This document shows, piece by piece, positions 1 through 12,603 of a stretch of 64,000 nucleotides of DNA (position 1 is the stretch's first letter; the number at the start of each line of letters is the position of its first letter). The stretch covers positions 6,989,251 through 7,053,250 of the forward strand of contig OZ316892.1 in assembly GCA_973895155.1 (NCBI GenBank), read 5' to 3'. The notes beneath the pieces are model-generated. The model searched no databases. It saw nothing but the letters and a program-made list of their open reading frames with translations, and had not been told where the DNA came from. The position numbers and the translations under genes are program-made. The DNA comes from Marsupella aquatica (taxonomy: Eukaryota > Plantae > Marchantiophyta).

Positions 1-857
1 GCCGAATCATTTTTTCAGGCGATGGATCCTTTCCTTTCCGATGACGGCATGCTCGCTATCTTATACTCGGATGACCACGATCAGATTTCCCAGGTTATTT
101 CTGCATGTCAGCAATCCAAGAAGTTTATGTGCATCAATACGCACAATGTTTTCATGTCTGTCCCAATGTACAGATCCAAGACAGATGTCCAGGTAAATGT
201 TCTCTCTGAGTAGAGCTATACTAGCGCCCGGCGCTACTCTTTCTTTCTTAGTAGGTCTTCTCTCATGAATAAGAGATTTTTAAAATCCAATTGGTTTGTC
301 AACTTTTGCAGGTCTTCACTCTTAGACTAGATATATTTTGTCGAGTTTCTTTTAAAGGAAAGGTCCCAAAGGATCCAAGATTCAAGCCGTTATCTAGCGC
401 TGAAGATCCTTCAATCTCAAACCTTATTGGGCTACAATCTTTGAAGGAAGATCATTGTCCTGAACTCTATTTTACTGGGAATTCCCGACTACCGGTTGGT
501 TTTATGCAAACTATCCTTGAACTCTTTATGATACCTAAGGATATTGTAATTGATTGGACCGTCGGCTCAGGTAGTACGTTCATTGCTGGGGATTACTCAG
601 GCCGTTTTGTCATCGGGTTAGAAAATCGTCGGGAGTTTGTTGAGACCGCTTCGAGGATTTTTTTGGATCTCATTTCTCCCAAACCTTTGGAGACACAACC
701 TCCCCCTCCTCAAATAACCGGACAAAAAAAGAAAGATAGACTTAGATCTGTCCTCAACTTTGATTCGGATGAAGATGATGGGACGTCAGAAGATGATGGG
801 ACGTCAGAAGATGATGTTCTTGAGGATGTCAATGACGGCGGGAAAGAGGAAACCTGA
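1..857 (+). CDS. 3' part of a spliced beta-class N4/N6 DNA methyltransferase-like gene (N6_N4_Mtase-like), 5'-truncated by the window edge
   Basis: Exon 1-192 (open frame, GTAAAT donor at 193) joins in frame to an exon starting at 312 (TTTTGCAG acceptor). The product has FLSDDGMLAILY (motif VI-like), RLPVGFMQTILEL (motif X-like) and DIVIDWTVGSGSTFIAGDYSGRFVIGLE (SAM-binding motif I region), in beta-class order, then an acidic tail. The TGA at 855-857 is followed by more acidic codons, so it may be a CGA>TGA lesion. Confidence 0.7.
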
Positions 858-2272
858 CATGATGGGTCAACGGAGGATAGCGAAGAGTCTTCCGAGTAAT
901 TTTTGTCTCTCGTAAGCTCCTTTATCCTTTCAATTGTTGGCTAACCATCAATTCCACTGGTTCTATCTGTTAAGTACTTACTTCCTCTTTCTCTTCCGCT
1001 TCTCTTTTGAGCAGGTCAGAATGGAACCAAAAAAACGGTTTTAACTCCGGAGGAAAGTGGCTTGAAATGTAATCATCACTCCCAAGAAGCCGTTTGTGTT
1101 GCCATCATACGCTGAGAACGTCGCAAGGAAGGTAGAGAAATTTAGAACGCTCTGCTGGGAAACAAAAGGACTTAGGCTTCTTAGGGGAGTAGACAGGAAG
1201 TTCATGAGGAACCCCTATGTAGATGATGTTTCTAGAAGCAAGTATATTGATGATGAGGCAGAGTCGACCGACAGATCTCATAGCTCCAAGAATGAGAGCT
1301 CAGAATATGACACTGAAGGGTAGCAATTTTCTCCTCTATCAGGTCAAACTTCCTCCCAACTGTACGAGTATGCCCTTGGTTTTTGTTAGCATCGGGCGCT
1401 ATTGAATTTATTAAATATGAATTGAGTTTGATGGAGGTTGCCCCTTCCATTCAATGGTTAATGTGGTCTTTAGTAACGTCCTTTGTGTGGGTTCCTTTCC
1501 TTGTTTAACTAGCACCCGACGCTCCCCAAAAAACACGTTGGAAGTTTCCGTTTGATATTTGTCATTTCCGCCATAGTGTCATTTGGCTTTCAGTCGGCGA
1601 CTAGTACCGTCAAGAGGACCAATAACGGGAAATCCAAGCCCCTTATAAACATACTATTGTTTCTTTCAAAGTCCATTGCTCTCGTTCTTCTCCTTCTTGA
1701 TTCCATGGAAGGCCAGTGTATCGACGGCCCACAAGAGCATATGTCAACTTCCAATTAGATGGTTTCCGCCAAGATCCAGATCGTCAGGACGCTGGGATTG
1801 ATGATGACTGTCACTCTTCGAGCTAGGACATTGTACGAGGAAGCACCCACCGGGAGTATTAGCGCCTGGCGCTAGTTACAATTGCACTGGAAACTTTAGT
1901 GTTCCTATGTAGCAATATTTGTACATCAAGGACAATATGTTTCACTTAAATAAAAAAACTCGGGTTTCTTTTCTTTCAATTTCCCGTTAGAAGTTATGAC
2001 TCAGATACCTTGGTTAAGTCCTACTTCTGTGCTTTGATATTGAACTTAGACTATTAGTAATGTTTGGTTTCTACTTGGATCTCAGCCTGAACATCAATCC
2101 TACGTTCTCGTGATTTTTTTCACAAAGCATTAGAAGCGGCCGGCTCTAGTATTCGGCATGTTTGGGCGATTAATGTTTCATTATTTTGGGTTTGAACGCC
2201 TGGCGCTAGTATTCGGCATGATGCGTTTGTGATTGTTTTGCCTGTAGACTCCCGGCGCTAGTATTCGGCATC
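222..2272. repeat. Dispersed palindromic TAGCGCC(C/T)GGCGCTA / GGCGCTAGTATTCGGCAT motifs, possibly transposon subterminal repeats
   Basis: Palindromic copies at 222-236 and 1860-1874, a degenerate copy at 1510-1524, and three GGC(G/T)CTAGTATTCGGCAT copies at about 2142, 2202 and 2254. Confidence 0.65.
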
Positions 2273-5200
2273 GCATAATTATCAGTATTTTAGGAATGGA
2301 TTTTTTTAATTTTGCCACAATACCAGGAGAAATGTGCTCCCAAAACAAGAAATTTTGCTGTAACCAGTTCCTGTTATAGTTTTTTGTTTGCTGTTTACTG
2401 CCTTTTGTAAACACCTCATTTGTGCGTCCTTCATTCCAACAAAAATGTTTACACAACATGTTACGATGGTCAGTCTACTTACCTATTCCTCTATTTGCAA
2501 AAAAAGTTGGACTTAAAACTTTTGAATCTGAAACGGAACTCAAATTGGTCATTGTATTTTTTTTGAGCTAGTGTTAATGTCAATATGATCAAAACTATCC
2601 CTGTCATTGTTGATAGACTCCAAAAGTTGTTGCCTTTTGGGAATTCTTCCAAATTAATCCGAGTCAATGCAACACCATTGATTGAGAACAACTTGCAGCC
2701 TCATCCATATTTTTTTTATGTTGGCATGACATTGTCTTAATTTAATTATTGAAGGTTGAAGCCACTAATGCATGACACCTCAGCTTACCTCCCTGCTTTA
2801 AGTTCAACACTCAATTTCAACCTAGCTTATTCAACATATTGGTATTTGCTATTGCACATTGTCTATCGTAGAAGCTTCCCTTCAAGTTCTTCTAACCTAA
2901 TTTGTGACTAAAAAATGCAACACCAAACCTAGTGTCAAATCTAATGCTCAAGACTGAATGTTGCAAAAGGGCTGATCGCATAAATATCATGTCTTCAAGT
3001 CTTAAACCAAATTAAAAACCAAGGTGGAGGACTTACAAATATACAGTTTCAAAATCTCTGAATGTTACGTTAGCAATCCAGCCATTTATAGTATCATGTG
3101 TATCCCTATGGGGTCTGTGTTGAGCTGCATATTAATTGTCATCCCTTGGAAATAATTTTAGTTGTTTGTGTGTTTTACAAATGTTGCACTTGCAAAAGCA
3201 TAAAAAGTGTCTTTATAGTTTTGAAAATCAATGCACTGGTAAAGTGCTCCAATCACCCGAGTAATCATTGTGAAGTTTACAAATATTGAGACCAAATTCA
3301 TCTTGGTCCCGAATCAGATGATGTGCTTAAACAACATTGCCAAAAATAAATCTTATGACTGGTTCCATGCCAAAATGTCAAATGATGAATCTCATAGTTA
3401 TGATTTCTGTTGAATCTCACATTTTTTGCATTGGCCAATTGGGTGGGTATGATGTCACAAGCTCTTACAGAGCTTCAAACCCTAGGAGTATAGGATCGTC
3501 TTTGAAAAGTTTTTTTTAGTATCTTTCAAAAAGAGTAACAAAGGTTTGTCATTCAAATCTTTCATTGTAATATTTTCACTATGTCGCATTGGTAAATCAA
3601 TAATAGAACCCACAATGGAATAGAATTCATGTTTTACTTGAATCAAGTCTTTGACAGTGGAATCGATTCAATTCACCTCAAATTTTTCTAATAAAAATCT
3701 ATTTTTTTTCAAAACTTGATTTTGGTCTCATTCAAAACATGCATATGTTTTAAGTCGTTTAGAGTCTAATCATTTGGTTTTTTCACCTTGTTCAAATGTT
3801 TGCTTTCTTTTTCTAGACTACACCAAAAAATAATTCATATTCTTTAGATTTTGTCGCATTTCTTTCTGCTTTGGTTTCATTTGTCTTAACACTTGACCTT
3901 TGACGCGTGTTGTTAAATACTTGTCAAGGAGCTTAAGTGACTTTTCTCCTAAAAAACTACCTAATACCTGCTCCATGTCATACCAGGGTCACCAAGGATT
4001 GACAAAATTTCTAAAATATATTTGCAATGTCTAATCACACCATACATAAGTAGTTTCAACTCTCCATTTCTAGAGAAGTAGTCCCCTTGACTACTTTTTG
4101 CACTCACCCACTTACTCTCTCCTCTACACCAAGGAGTAGCAAGGAGGATATCCATTCCAAGCTGTCAGCTTAGAGTAGATCCTCCCACAAACACCCAAGA
4201 ACCCAAAGTATTTTCCTCTTCAAGCTTAAGTCCCTCCCAGATCCTCAAAGTAGTGTTATCCTTTAACCTTGCCCCCTCTGGCCTTGGTTGGGCCCACACA
4301 TCCCCTTTAAGCTCTAGAGATAACTCTTCTCTCTAAGGACTCTTCCTCTTGTTCTCATACAAGGCACGATTTTTTCCACCCTCAAGACACAATCCTTTCT
4401 AAGTCCCAAAGCAGTGCTCCACCTTAACCTTGCCTCCCTGGTCTTCGTTGTGTGCCAACACATCCCCTTCAAGCTTAGACCAAGATTATACCCTAACATG
4501 GACTCTTCTCTTGCTCTCATACACTTCAAATTCACTCACACTTAATGGTCATAATGAAGATTGGAAAACTCATTTTATTGTATACTCAATCCTTACACAA
4601 AATATCACTACACACTCTCCACACGAAGCATGGATCTCCTCTCCCTTCTCAAACTTTGCCCCAACTTGGCAAGGTAGACCTTACACTAAAGAAATGAGAT
4701 TTCTGGTCCCTTCTCAAAGGGAAATTTTTACCTTATATACTATTCTCCTTCCACACCACACCAAGCTCAACCTGGGGTCCAACTACACCTCCTCTAAGTC
4801 CCCCTAACACACAAAGTCCAAATCTATAGTTCATAGCCCCCTCTACAACCTGCTATTGTGACTCCTTCCAACCCCTCAAATATACCACACATGATTGCAT
4901 GCTTTGACCCCCAAAACTTCTCCCACTTATGGTCCTCTTCACCAGCTTTCCACCCCACTTAAAAGCTAGCAAAAAGAGTACCCAGCGAAAAATTATGCCC
5001 TATCAAAGTTGGCTTATTTCTTACTTGGCTTTACTTGCTACCCTAAAGTAATCTCCCCTATCGTACTTATTTTCCTAAACTTGCTAGACTTGCATCTTTA
5101 CCCCAGGGTACTCTCTTCTCCATGTATCCTAACTTAGGTGACACCGGTGTAAGAAGTATCGGCCTAAAAATCTGGTTTTACTTCCCCATGCCGACTCCCG

Positions 5201-5853
5201 TTTGCAAGCTATTGGGATCTCCTATTGCCTCAACTAAAAATATCTTTGGGTGTTTCTTTTCTTGGGTTTCCACCTTCACTCAGGTATGCCTTATCTTTCC
5301 TTGACTCAGCACAAAAAAAATTGGGCCCCAATGGATTCCCCTAGCCCAGGTTATGCCCGTTTTTTTGGCCATTTTGGGTGTAAAGTAGGTGTAAACCACA
5401 TCCCGTTTACACTTAACCTTTATATGCCCCTTATGGGGATTCCAGGTGTCACCAGGGGAGATCTCCTCTCATTATGCAAGGAGGGGATGATTTTACAAAG
5501 AGAGTGGCTTTTTTTTCTCACAGCAGGATTGTGAAGCAATAGTAGGAATTGAGCAGTCAACAGCTTGTAAATCACAATGTCTCTTCCAATCAAAGTTGAT
5601 TCTTCTTGATTTGCAGGCTGCTTGCCTATAGCAAGTTAATGTTGTGGTCTGAGTAGCAGCCTCTACTCGCAGCTATCTTGATTCAATAGCTCCTTCGTAG
5701 CTTTCCAGTTCAAGCAGCATTTGATCCTGGGAGTAGCACGTTCTATTTGTAGTCTAGGTCCTTAGGATTCAAAGCTACTTTCTCCCAGGTTGCTCCTTCA
5801 ATTCACTAGCCCAACATCTCGTGGGGCAGCTTCTCTATTCAATCCCTACCTTC

Positions 5854-8800
5854 TGTGATGGGGTTCTCGTCACTGAAAATCCTCGATAATTGATTATTGG
5901 GGTTGTGCCATGTAAATAACCATTGTGAATAAGCCGTTTTTTAATTTTTTGAGTTAATTCTGTCATTATAGGTTGCTATGCCCCGGAGGTCTCTGCTTAC
6001 TTTTATATCCTAATAGTTCAGATGCCTATAGCGCCCCAGCAAGCAAGCATGTTAGGACCTTGAAACTTTGGCCAGTCTAGTCGGACATCCCGTTTCCCTT
6101 AGGCCATTATTTTTTTTGAGACCCCAATAGCAAGGTCTAGGGGAGGAGCGCTAATTTTTAGTGTTAAGCAGGGTTTTTTTTGTGTTGGCAGCAGGAAACC
6201 CAAGGAGCAAACGAGCCCCCTTGCATTAGAGCACTTGGGGGACCCCATAAGGGGCATCCCTAGGGCCGCCACGTGGAATCCTCATTGGAGTACATAAGCT
6301 ACCGCGAGCGAGTGAGGCAAAAATAAAAGGAAGGCTGTCGGGCACTTGGGGATTTAGGAGGAAAAAGGGGGGGCTTACATCGCCCAAAAGAGCCCCGCAA
6401 GCTGAAACTGGGGCGCATGCGTGGCTGCCAGCTTGGGCGAAGGTTGTCGGGGCGCTACGGCCAGCCAGGACGTTAAGGGAGGCACGAGGCTGGGGAGCAC
6501 TAAAGGGGCTGCCTGGGCAAAAAGGAAAGTTGTCGGGGTGAGGAATCGCACCCTGCATAGGGCTGCGTGAAGGAGTGGGGGGGGGGGAATTAAATTCTCC
6601 CGGCCTTGGAGGAGCCGGGCGCGAGCTGGGGCATGACCGGAGCCCTCCATTAATAGGGCACATAGGGGAACCCTCCATATGGAAGTGAGCGAGGCGTAGA
6701 GGGCCGCGAGTAAGGAGGAGCCGGGAGGGGATTAAATCAAGGCAGAAGCCGGGGCGCGGGGATGACACGAGGGGCAGGCCAGGAGGGCACTAAATGCTCC
6801 CGGTAGTCGGGAGGTCGGCGAGGTGGCAACCGCGTGTCGGCATGCGCGCGCCTTGCATAGGGCCGCAAGGCGAGAGGGCATTTGAGAGAAAAAAAAGATG
6901 GGAAAGTGGAAGGAAACCCTTTCCGTGTATGGGTCATTTTCTTTTTTTCTCCCTTCTCTTCTTTCTCTGCGCGCGACTTCTCCCTTTGCCGAAAGCACTT
7001 TGCCCTCATTGCCGAAAGCAATTTTCCCAATTCTGAAAGCTCTCTACCAGCTCTTGCAATTATTTTTGAAGCTCTCTCATGGTTGATTGTTGGAGATTGG
7101 TGGCTCACTTTTTCTGGGCATTAGCGGCGGCGGCATTGAGTAGCTTCTGGGGAAATTGAGGGTGGTTCTTGATTAGGATACGAGGGCCGTTCGGGCCAGG
7201 ATTTGAATGTGGTGACGGGATTTTGTGATTAAGGATTTTTCTGGAGCATGGATGCTTGATCAGCCCGAGTTCAGCACGGCTCGCATTCGTAGATACAAAG
7301 CCGCTTACCGTGAGTACCTTGCGACACTAATTGAGAAGGGAAGAGAAGAAAGAAAGGCAACACTGAGCACTGGACTGGCAGCAAGCCCCGCACCGGTCAT
7401 GAGGAAAGTTTTCCGTCGAATTTATCCCAAGACCTCTGCCCGGGTGATGGAAGGTTGCAAGGCTATGTTCCAAGCCACCGGGCTCACCGACTTCATAAGA
7501 GTAGAGATTAGAATCCCTCCAGGGAAGAGTTGGGACTTGGAGGTTGGAATGGAATTGCGCACGGAAGGGATTTATTTTGCATGTATTCAACGATTGGTGC
7601 CTCATGCCAAATTGGCTAAGCTTTTGTTTTTGGAGAACCAGCAGTTCTCCTTCACCCCCCGGAATATAATTGGGGATCTCACATTGACAATGGTGGCCTA
7701 CTGGGTGAACAATCCCACCTCCACCACGGCCATTCATCTCTCGGCCGTCAAGGATGCAGCACACAAGGGATTTCTGGCCAAGGTTCACCAATGGGTCCTC
7801 GGTAATGTGCAATCCGGGGTAGTGAATGGGGAGCATTTCATAATTGCTCTGGATATTCAGAAATATCCAGCCCATGCTTACGGATGGTGGTATTGCGGAT
7901 TGACAAAGCTATTGGCCGTTGAGTCCAAGAGTCTGAAACCGGGGGGAGCTTTGCATTTGATGGGGTCATTTTTGTTGGTCAGGGCAAAAGGATTGATTGC
8001 CTCCCCGGAACCCAAAGAAGCTGGGTCATCCCTTACCACAGAGATCTGCAGCATTGCCACTACATCTTGGGGAAACTAACGGAGGTGCCAGCAGTGTCAA
8101 CAGGAACGGGAGACAGTCAAGTTGAGGAAGACATCCAGCATGAGGATTACACGTTGGAGTGGCTTGAATCTCTGGTGAAGAACCCAGAGGAGCCCCTTGC
8201 GTACGACATTCCAAAGGTGTAGTTGGCGGAATTACGTGATTTTTGTGAAGGGGTCCATGAGGGGCTCAAGCTAGCCCACACATTGAGAGATGCGCTCAAG
8301 CAGGCCAACACAAGGGTGGAAACATTGCAACAGGGTGCCACGTCGATGAAGGAGGTGATCAAAGCTAAGGAGGAGGCCATACAAGAGAAGGTCAAACTCC
8401 TCCATGCGGCTCAAGTGGAGATTTCTCACTTGAGAGGGGCCTTGTCTACCAAGGCCAAAGAAGCGGAGGAAGTTGGAGTGCTGAGAGAAGCATTGGCCAA
8501 AGAGAAGCAGAACATGGGAGAAGTGGAGAGGTTAAGAGGCCAGGTTGCAAAACTATGGAGTCAGGTGGGGATCTTTGAGACTAGGGCCAAAAGGAGTGAG
8601 GCCTTGAGTCTGGGGAAGCGGAAGAGTCCCTGCTCATCTAGCTCCACGCTTTCCCCTGACCTGGTCTCCAAAGCCATCGAGATGGTGGTGAAGGAAGTAA
8701 GTGAGAAGTACGGTCCTCTGTTGGAAGCAGCCAAGAAGAATCAGGAGAAGAATAAGAGCTTGGAGAAGAAGCTCAAGGAGGTACTAAGTTGTTGCGGGAG

Positions 8801-10162
8801 GCCCAAGTCAATACGGGAACCCGGGGATGCCACCCAGATCTGTGACACCAGGGACTCCCATGGCCACCGGGCAGGTTTTACCATTGGAGTTGCAATGGAG
8901 AGGAGGCTGCCTTGTGGAAGGATACCATCAGTGAGGGCTATGTCAGGGCTTGGCAAGCCTTGACGGCATTGAGGAAGCAAGGGAGCACTAGCGAGAGGAG
9001 TACACCGATGAAGAAGAAGAGAAGCGAAGTAGTCTCCACTCCAATTGAGAGCGATGAAGAGATCAACTCACGGGGCTCAAGCCAGGGCACTGTGAGTGAG
9101 GAGGAGGAGGACTAGGGTAGTCGTACGGACTTGGTCGTACGACCTCTGGATTTTAAAACTTGTCGGAAGTGGGCACTCATGGGCTTGATGGAAAGAGCTC
9201 GCGGAGCTGATTAATTTTGACAAGAGGCGGCGCTCCTCAAACGGAGCCAGGATGAGTAAGTTAGGGCTCGACGAAGTTGGTAAGTATGTGAAATTAAAAC
9301 GACCATAACTTGGTCGTACAACGTCCGTTTCGGGAGCGGTTTGGTGATTCATGATCAAGGGGAGCAGGGCTACCTAGGAGTGAGCTCAGAGGTGCAATCA
9401 GAGTGGCATCTAGTTTTGGCAATTGTGAGGCCCGTGGTATTTTTGCGGTTTATGGAGCGTTGTTGGGGCGCCGTCGAAGGCACCGTCGGTCCCATAGTTA
9501 GATTAGGGTTTTAGGAGCATGTGTGTCCTACATGCTTTAGGATTAAAGATTTATTTGTGAAAGGTTTTAGCAGTGCCACTAGGGTAGCCGCCACCTTTGT
9601 GACCCCATGAGGGGGCTTTGGTGTGTTTGTTTCTTGTATTTAGGGGGAGAGCCCCAGAGTAGTGAGGGGTGGGGAACTCAGCATAGTGCTTTGATGCTTT
9701 TGAGTAGCTTTTGTGAGTAGCACACCGATTAGGAGAAGTTCAAGCCAGAGTAGTGAGGTGGAGAACGTAGCACTTGTCCCCGGGAGGCAGAAGTTGGGCA
9801 GACGGCAAGAGGTCGGGTTGTCCTTGCATGTGTTACGGGAAACATCAAGAGATATGGATTTGGCTTGAGGTTCCAATATTTTGTGTGTCACTTGTTGCTT
9901 GTGTTGTTTGTTTTTCCCCCCTAGTACATGTGGTCGGTTTCGTGGTGGAAACATTTGCCCTTGTCACTAGTGTTCAAATCTTATTGTAAATGTTTGTATG
10001 CTTGCCCATGAGAGGGGGGTGGTGACAGCACTCACCCGGTGGGCGTGAGTTGTAGATGGTAGGACCAGTCCCTTGGACTTGATCAAAAACGGAGAGACCA
10101 GTCGGTAGACTTGATCAAAAAGTACACTTCCAGGAGCGGAATCAAACATACTCATCCTTAGG
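5854..10162 (+). mobile_element. ORF-bearing LTR-like segment of a Gypsy-related element, interrupted at 10162
   Basis: Starts with TGTGATG, matching the (C)GTGATG start of the segment at 15541. It contains the ORF at 7225-9115 and is cut by the LTR starting at 10163. The left boundary is inferred. Confidence 0.4.
7225..9115 (+). pseudogene. Retrotransposon accessory ORF (plant-transposon/PMD-like domain followed by coiled coil), disrupted
   Basis: Consecutive ORFs 7225-8079, 8223-8963 and 8912-9115. MFQATGLTDFIRVEI resembles FMAGSGLVTFVRLPW of the ORF at 14376-14567. A long heptad-rich region and a basic/acidic C-terminus follow. Confidence 0.55.
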
Positions 10163-11273
10163 TGTGGAAATCCTCCAAATAGCGTCCCTTCACGACCCCG
10201 TAATACGATACCAACGGTTTAAGCGAAGAAAAGTATGGTTTGCACGTATTAATCGTTGGATAGGCAAGTGACACCTTCTCAATTCAACGCCAGCCCTCAT
10301 TTCTCCTAATTTGCAGCATGTAGCCGGGTCAATTCAAGCGGCCCTTCCTTCAATTCAATCATTTTACAGCCGCCCTTATGCTCAATTGGCACCTCAAGCA
10401 ACATGCAACATCTTTTGGGCAGCCTCCTTGTGCTTGACTTTCTCACCAGCCTTGTGCTTGAGTCGTGGCTTTTAGTGTTAGCAAAGAATTTAGGGTTTGC
10501 AACCCTAAGTAACTAGGGAAGGCTAGTACAAAATAATGTAAGGGAGAAGATACGTTGTTCTAAGAAAGTGTCAAGGAATAAGTAAGGTCTTCATGGTAGG
10601 GCAACAAATGTTCCGTCCTTAGTTAGAATAACCGACTAAGTTGGGCCGAAAAATGACCCGACACTTGAAGTCTTAGTTTTGGTTAAAACAAATTCCCATA
10701 GGTGCTAGGAGGGTCCTTAGAGCACCCCTATGAAGTATGGAGTCAAGTGGGGTCTCAACCTAGGATTTCCTTGTGTTTTGGTGGGACTTAAATCAACAAA
10801 ATAGCGGGTCCCAGGAAAAATAGCTAATGGGTAAAAAGTTTGGGTCTAAGTCAAAGTATAAGTTTACTACGGTCCCTTCTATCCCTGGGAACTCATAGAA
10901 GGACTTGATCACCTTTGGTTACTTTTTAGGATCATCTCAAAAAGTGGGAAAATTAGTGTGCATTATAGATATGGGCAAACTTAGGTAATTTTAGAAAAGT
11001 CATTATGATATATTTATCAAGTTGGATCAACTTAGAAGGAATTCCTATGACCAGGGATTCAAGGAATATGCTCAGAAGTACTTTGGCCCTTTGGATGAGT
11101 TTTGGCATGGCCTTGAAGAGGGGCCAGTACAAACATTTTCTCTTGGGAGGAAAGCAAGATTTTTTCTAAGTGTTGGAATGACGACACAACGATATTATCT
11201 TTCTTACTATTCCTTGTTCAAAAAGCAAAAAATGACAAGTTTCTTACATAAACCTATATTGAGTCATTCCACA
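10163..11273 (-). repeat. 3' LTR of Gypsy element A (1111 bp)
   Basis: Perfect 7-bp terminal inverted repeat TGTGGAA...TTCCACA. On the minus strand it is directly preceded by the polypurine tract AAGTAGGGGGCTA, just after the integrase stop. Confidence 0.7.
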
Positions 11274-11313
11274 TAGCCCCCTACTTAAGTGTGCAGCGTC
11301 CCCGCAAACACAC

Positions 11314-12603
11314 TCATTTGTGATTATAGTATCGCTTCAATCGATCATGGTGCACTCTAGTAGGGAACACCTCTCCTTCAAGAGTAGCAAGCTGAATTGA
11401 CCCATTAGCATAAACCTGGTAAACAACGTAAGGACCCAACCATCGAGTATGCAACTTGCCTGGAAAATTAGCATACCTACTATCATAGAGTAATACCAAC
11501 TGTCCAGCAAGCAAAGAAGTCGGCTTCTTCAACTTCTTGTCATGATGTTTCTTCACTTGAGCTTGCTTCTTCTTCACTTGCTTGCTTGCTTCTTCCCTTA
11601 TTTCCTCCAACTCCTCTAGCTGGTAAGCCCTCTCCATCGACTCTGGTCAGCCTCCATTCGCTCCTCCACACTCATCCTCAAAGTAGGCAAGAGAGCGTTG
11701 TCCAAATATGAGGTAGAAAAGACTATGGCCAGTTGTGGTCTTGAAAGCAAGGTTGTAGGAGTACACAGCTGAGTATAATTTGTCATCCCAATCAGTCTTT
11801 TGTGCCGCCACAGTTTTGTTCAAGATCTTGCCAATGATGCCATTAGCTCTCTTAGTTAATCCATTTGCCTTGGGGTGATAAAGTTGGTCTTCCTATGCTT
11901 AATCAAGTACTGATTAGTGAGCTCCTCCACGACCTCATTCAAGAAGTGAGTCCCCCTATCACTAATCAACGCTAGAGGTGGCCCAAATCTGGTAAAAATT
12001 TGTTGATACATGAACCTTGCTACTGTGAGAGCATTGTCCTTGCTTGTTGGTCTGGCCTCTACCCACTTAGTAGCATAATCAATTGCAAGAAGGATGTATT
12101 GATTCCTTCTAGACCTGGTCATAGGAGTGATGGGACCTTTGAAATCTATACCCCATTTTTCAAAAGGTGCAAGAGGTAAAATGGAGGTACGAGGATGATG
12201 CTTGGAGTGAGTTGTTTACCTATCCTTTGGGAAGGGTCATATCCCCTCACAAAAAGACTTACATCCTTATGAAGTGTTGGCCACCAATATGCTGCATCAA
12301 GTATCTTCCTTGCTGTTGTTGCACTCGTTTAATGGCCACCAGCCTCCTCCTCATGCATAGCTTTCATCACAATGGAGATTTCCTTCTTCTCCAAACACCT
12401 CCTTAGCTGCCCATCAACTCCTTCCTTTTGAAGGACACCCTTCACCAATAAGTAAGGTCTGATTTTTCTTAGGAAAATAGCAACCTCCTTTTGGTTCAAA
12501 TTGTTTGGTAGCCTGGTTGTGAGAAGAAATTGGATGATATCCAAGTACCATGTATCCCCTTCACTTCCCACATGAAAGAGGTTTTTATCTGGAAACTGAT
12601 CCT
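11314..12603 (-). pseudogene. Ty3/Gypsy pol fragment (integrase) of element A
   Basis: HEEEAGGH zinc-binding region, LAPFEKWGIDF, AIDYATKWVEA, SDRGTHF and KLHTRWLGPY (GPY/F). Frameshifted and cut at 12603 by the next insertion. Confidence 0.9.

Noticed and set aside
6226-7124. Overlapping ORFs on both strands
   Set aside because: GC-rich, low-complexity LTR-like DNA with no recognisable domain.
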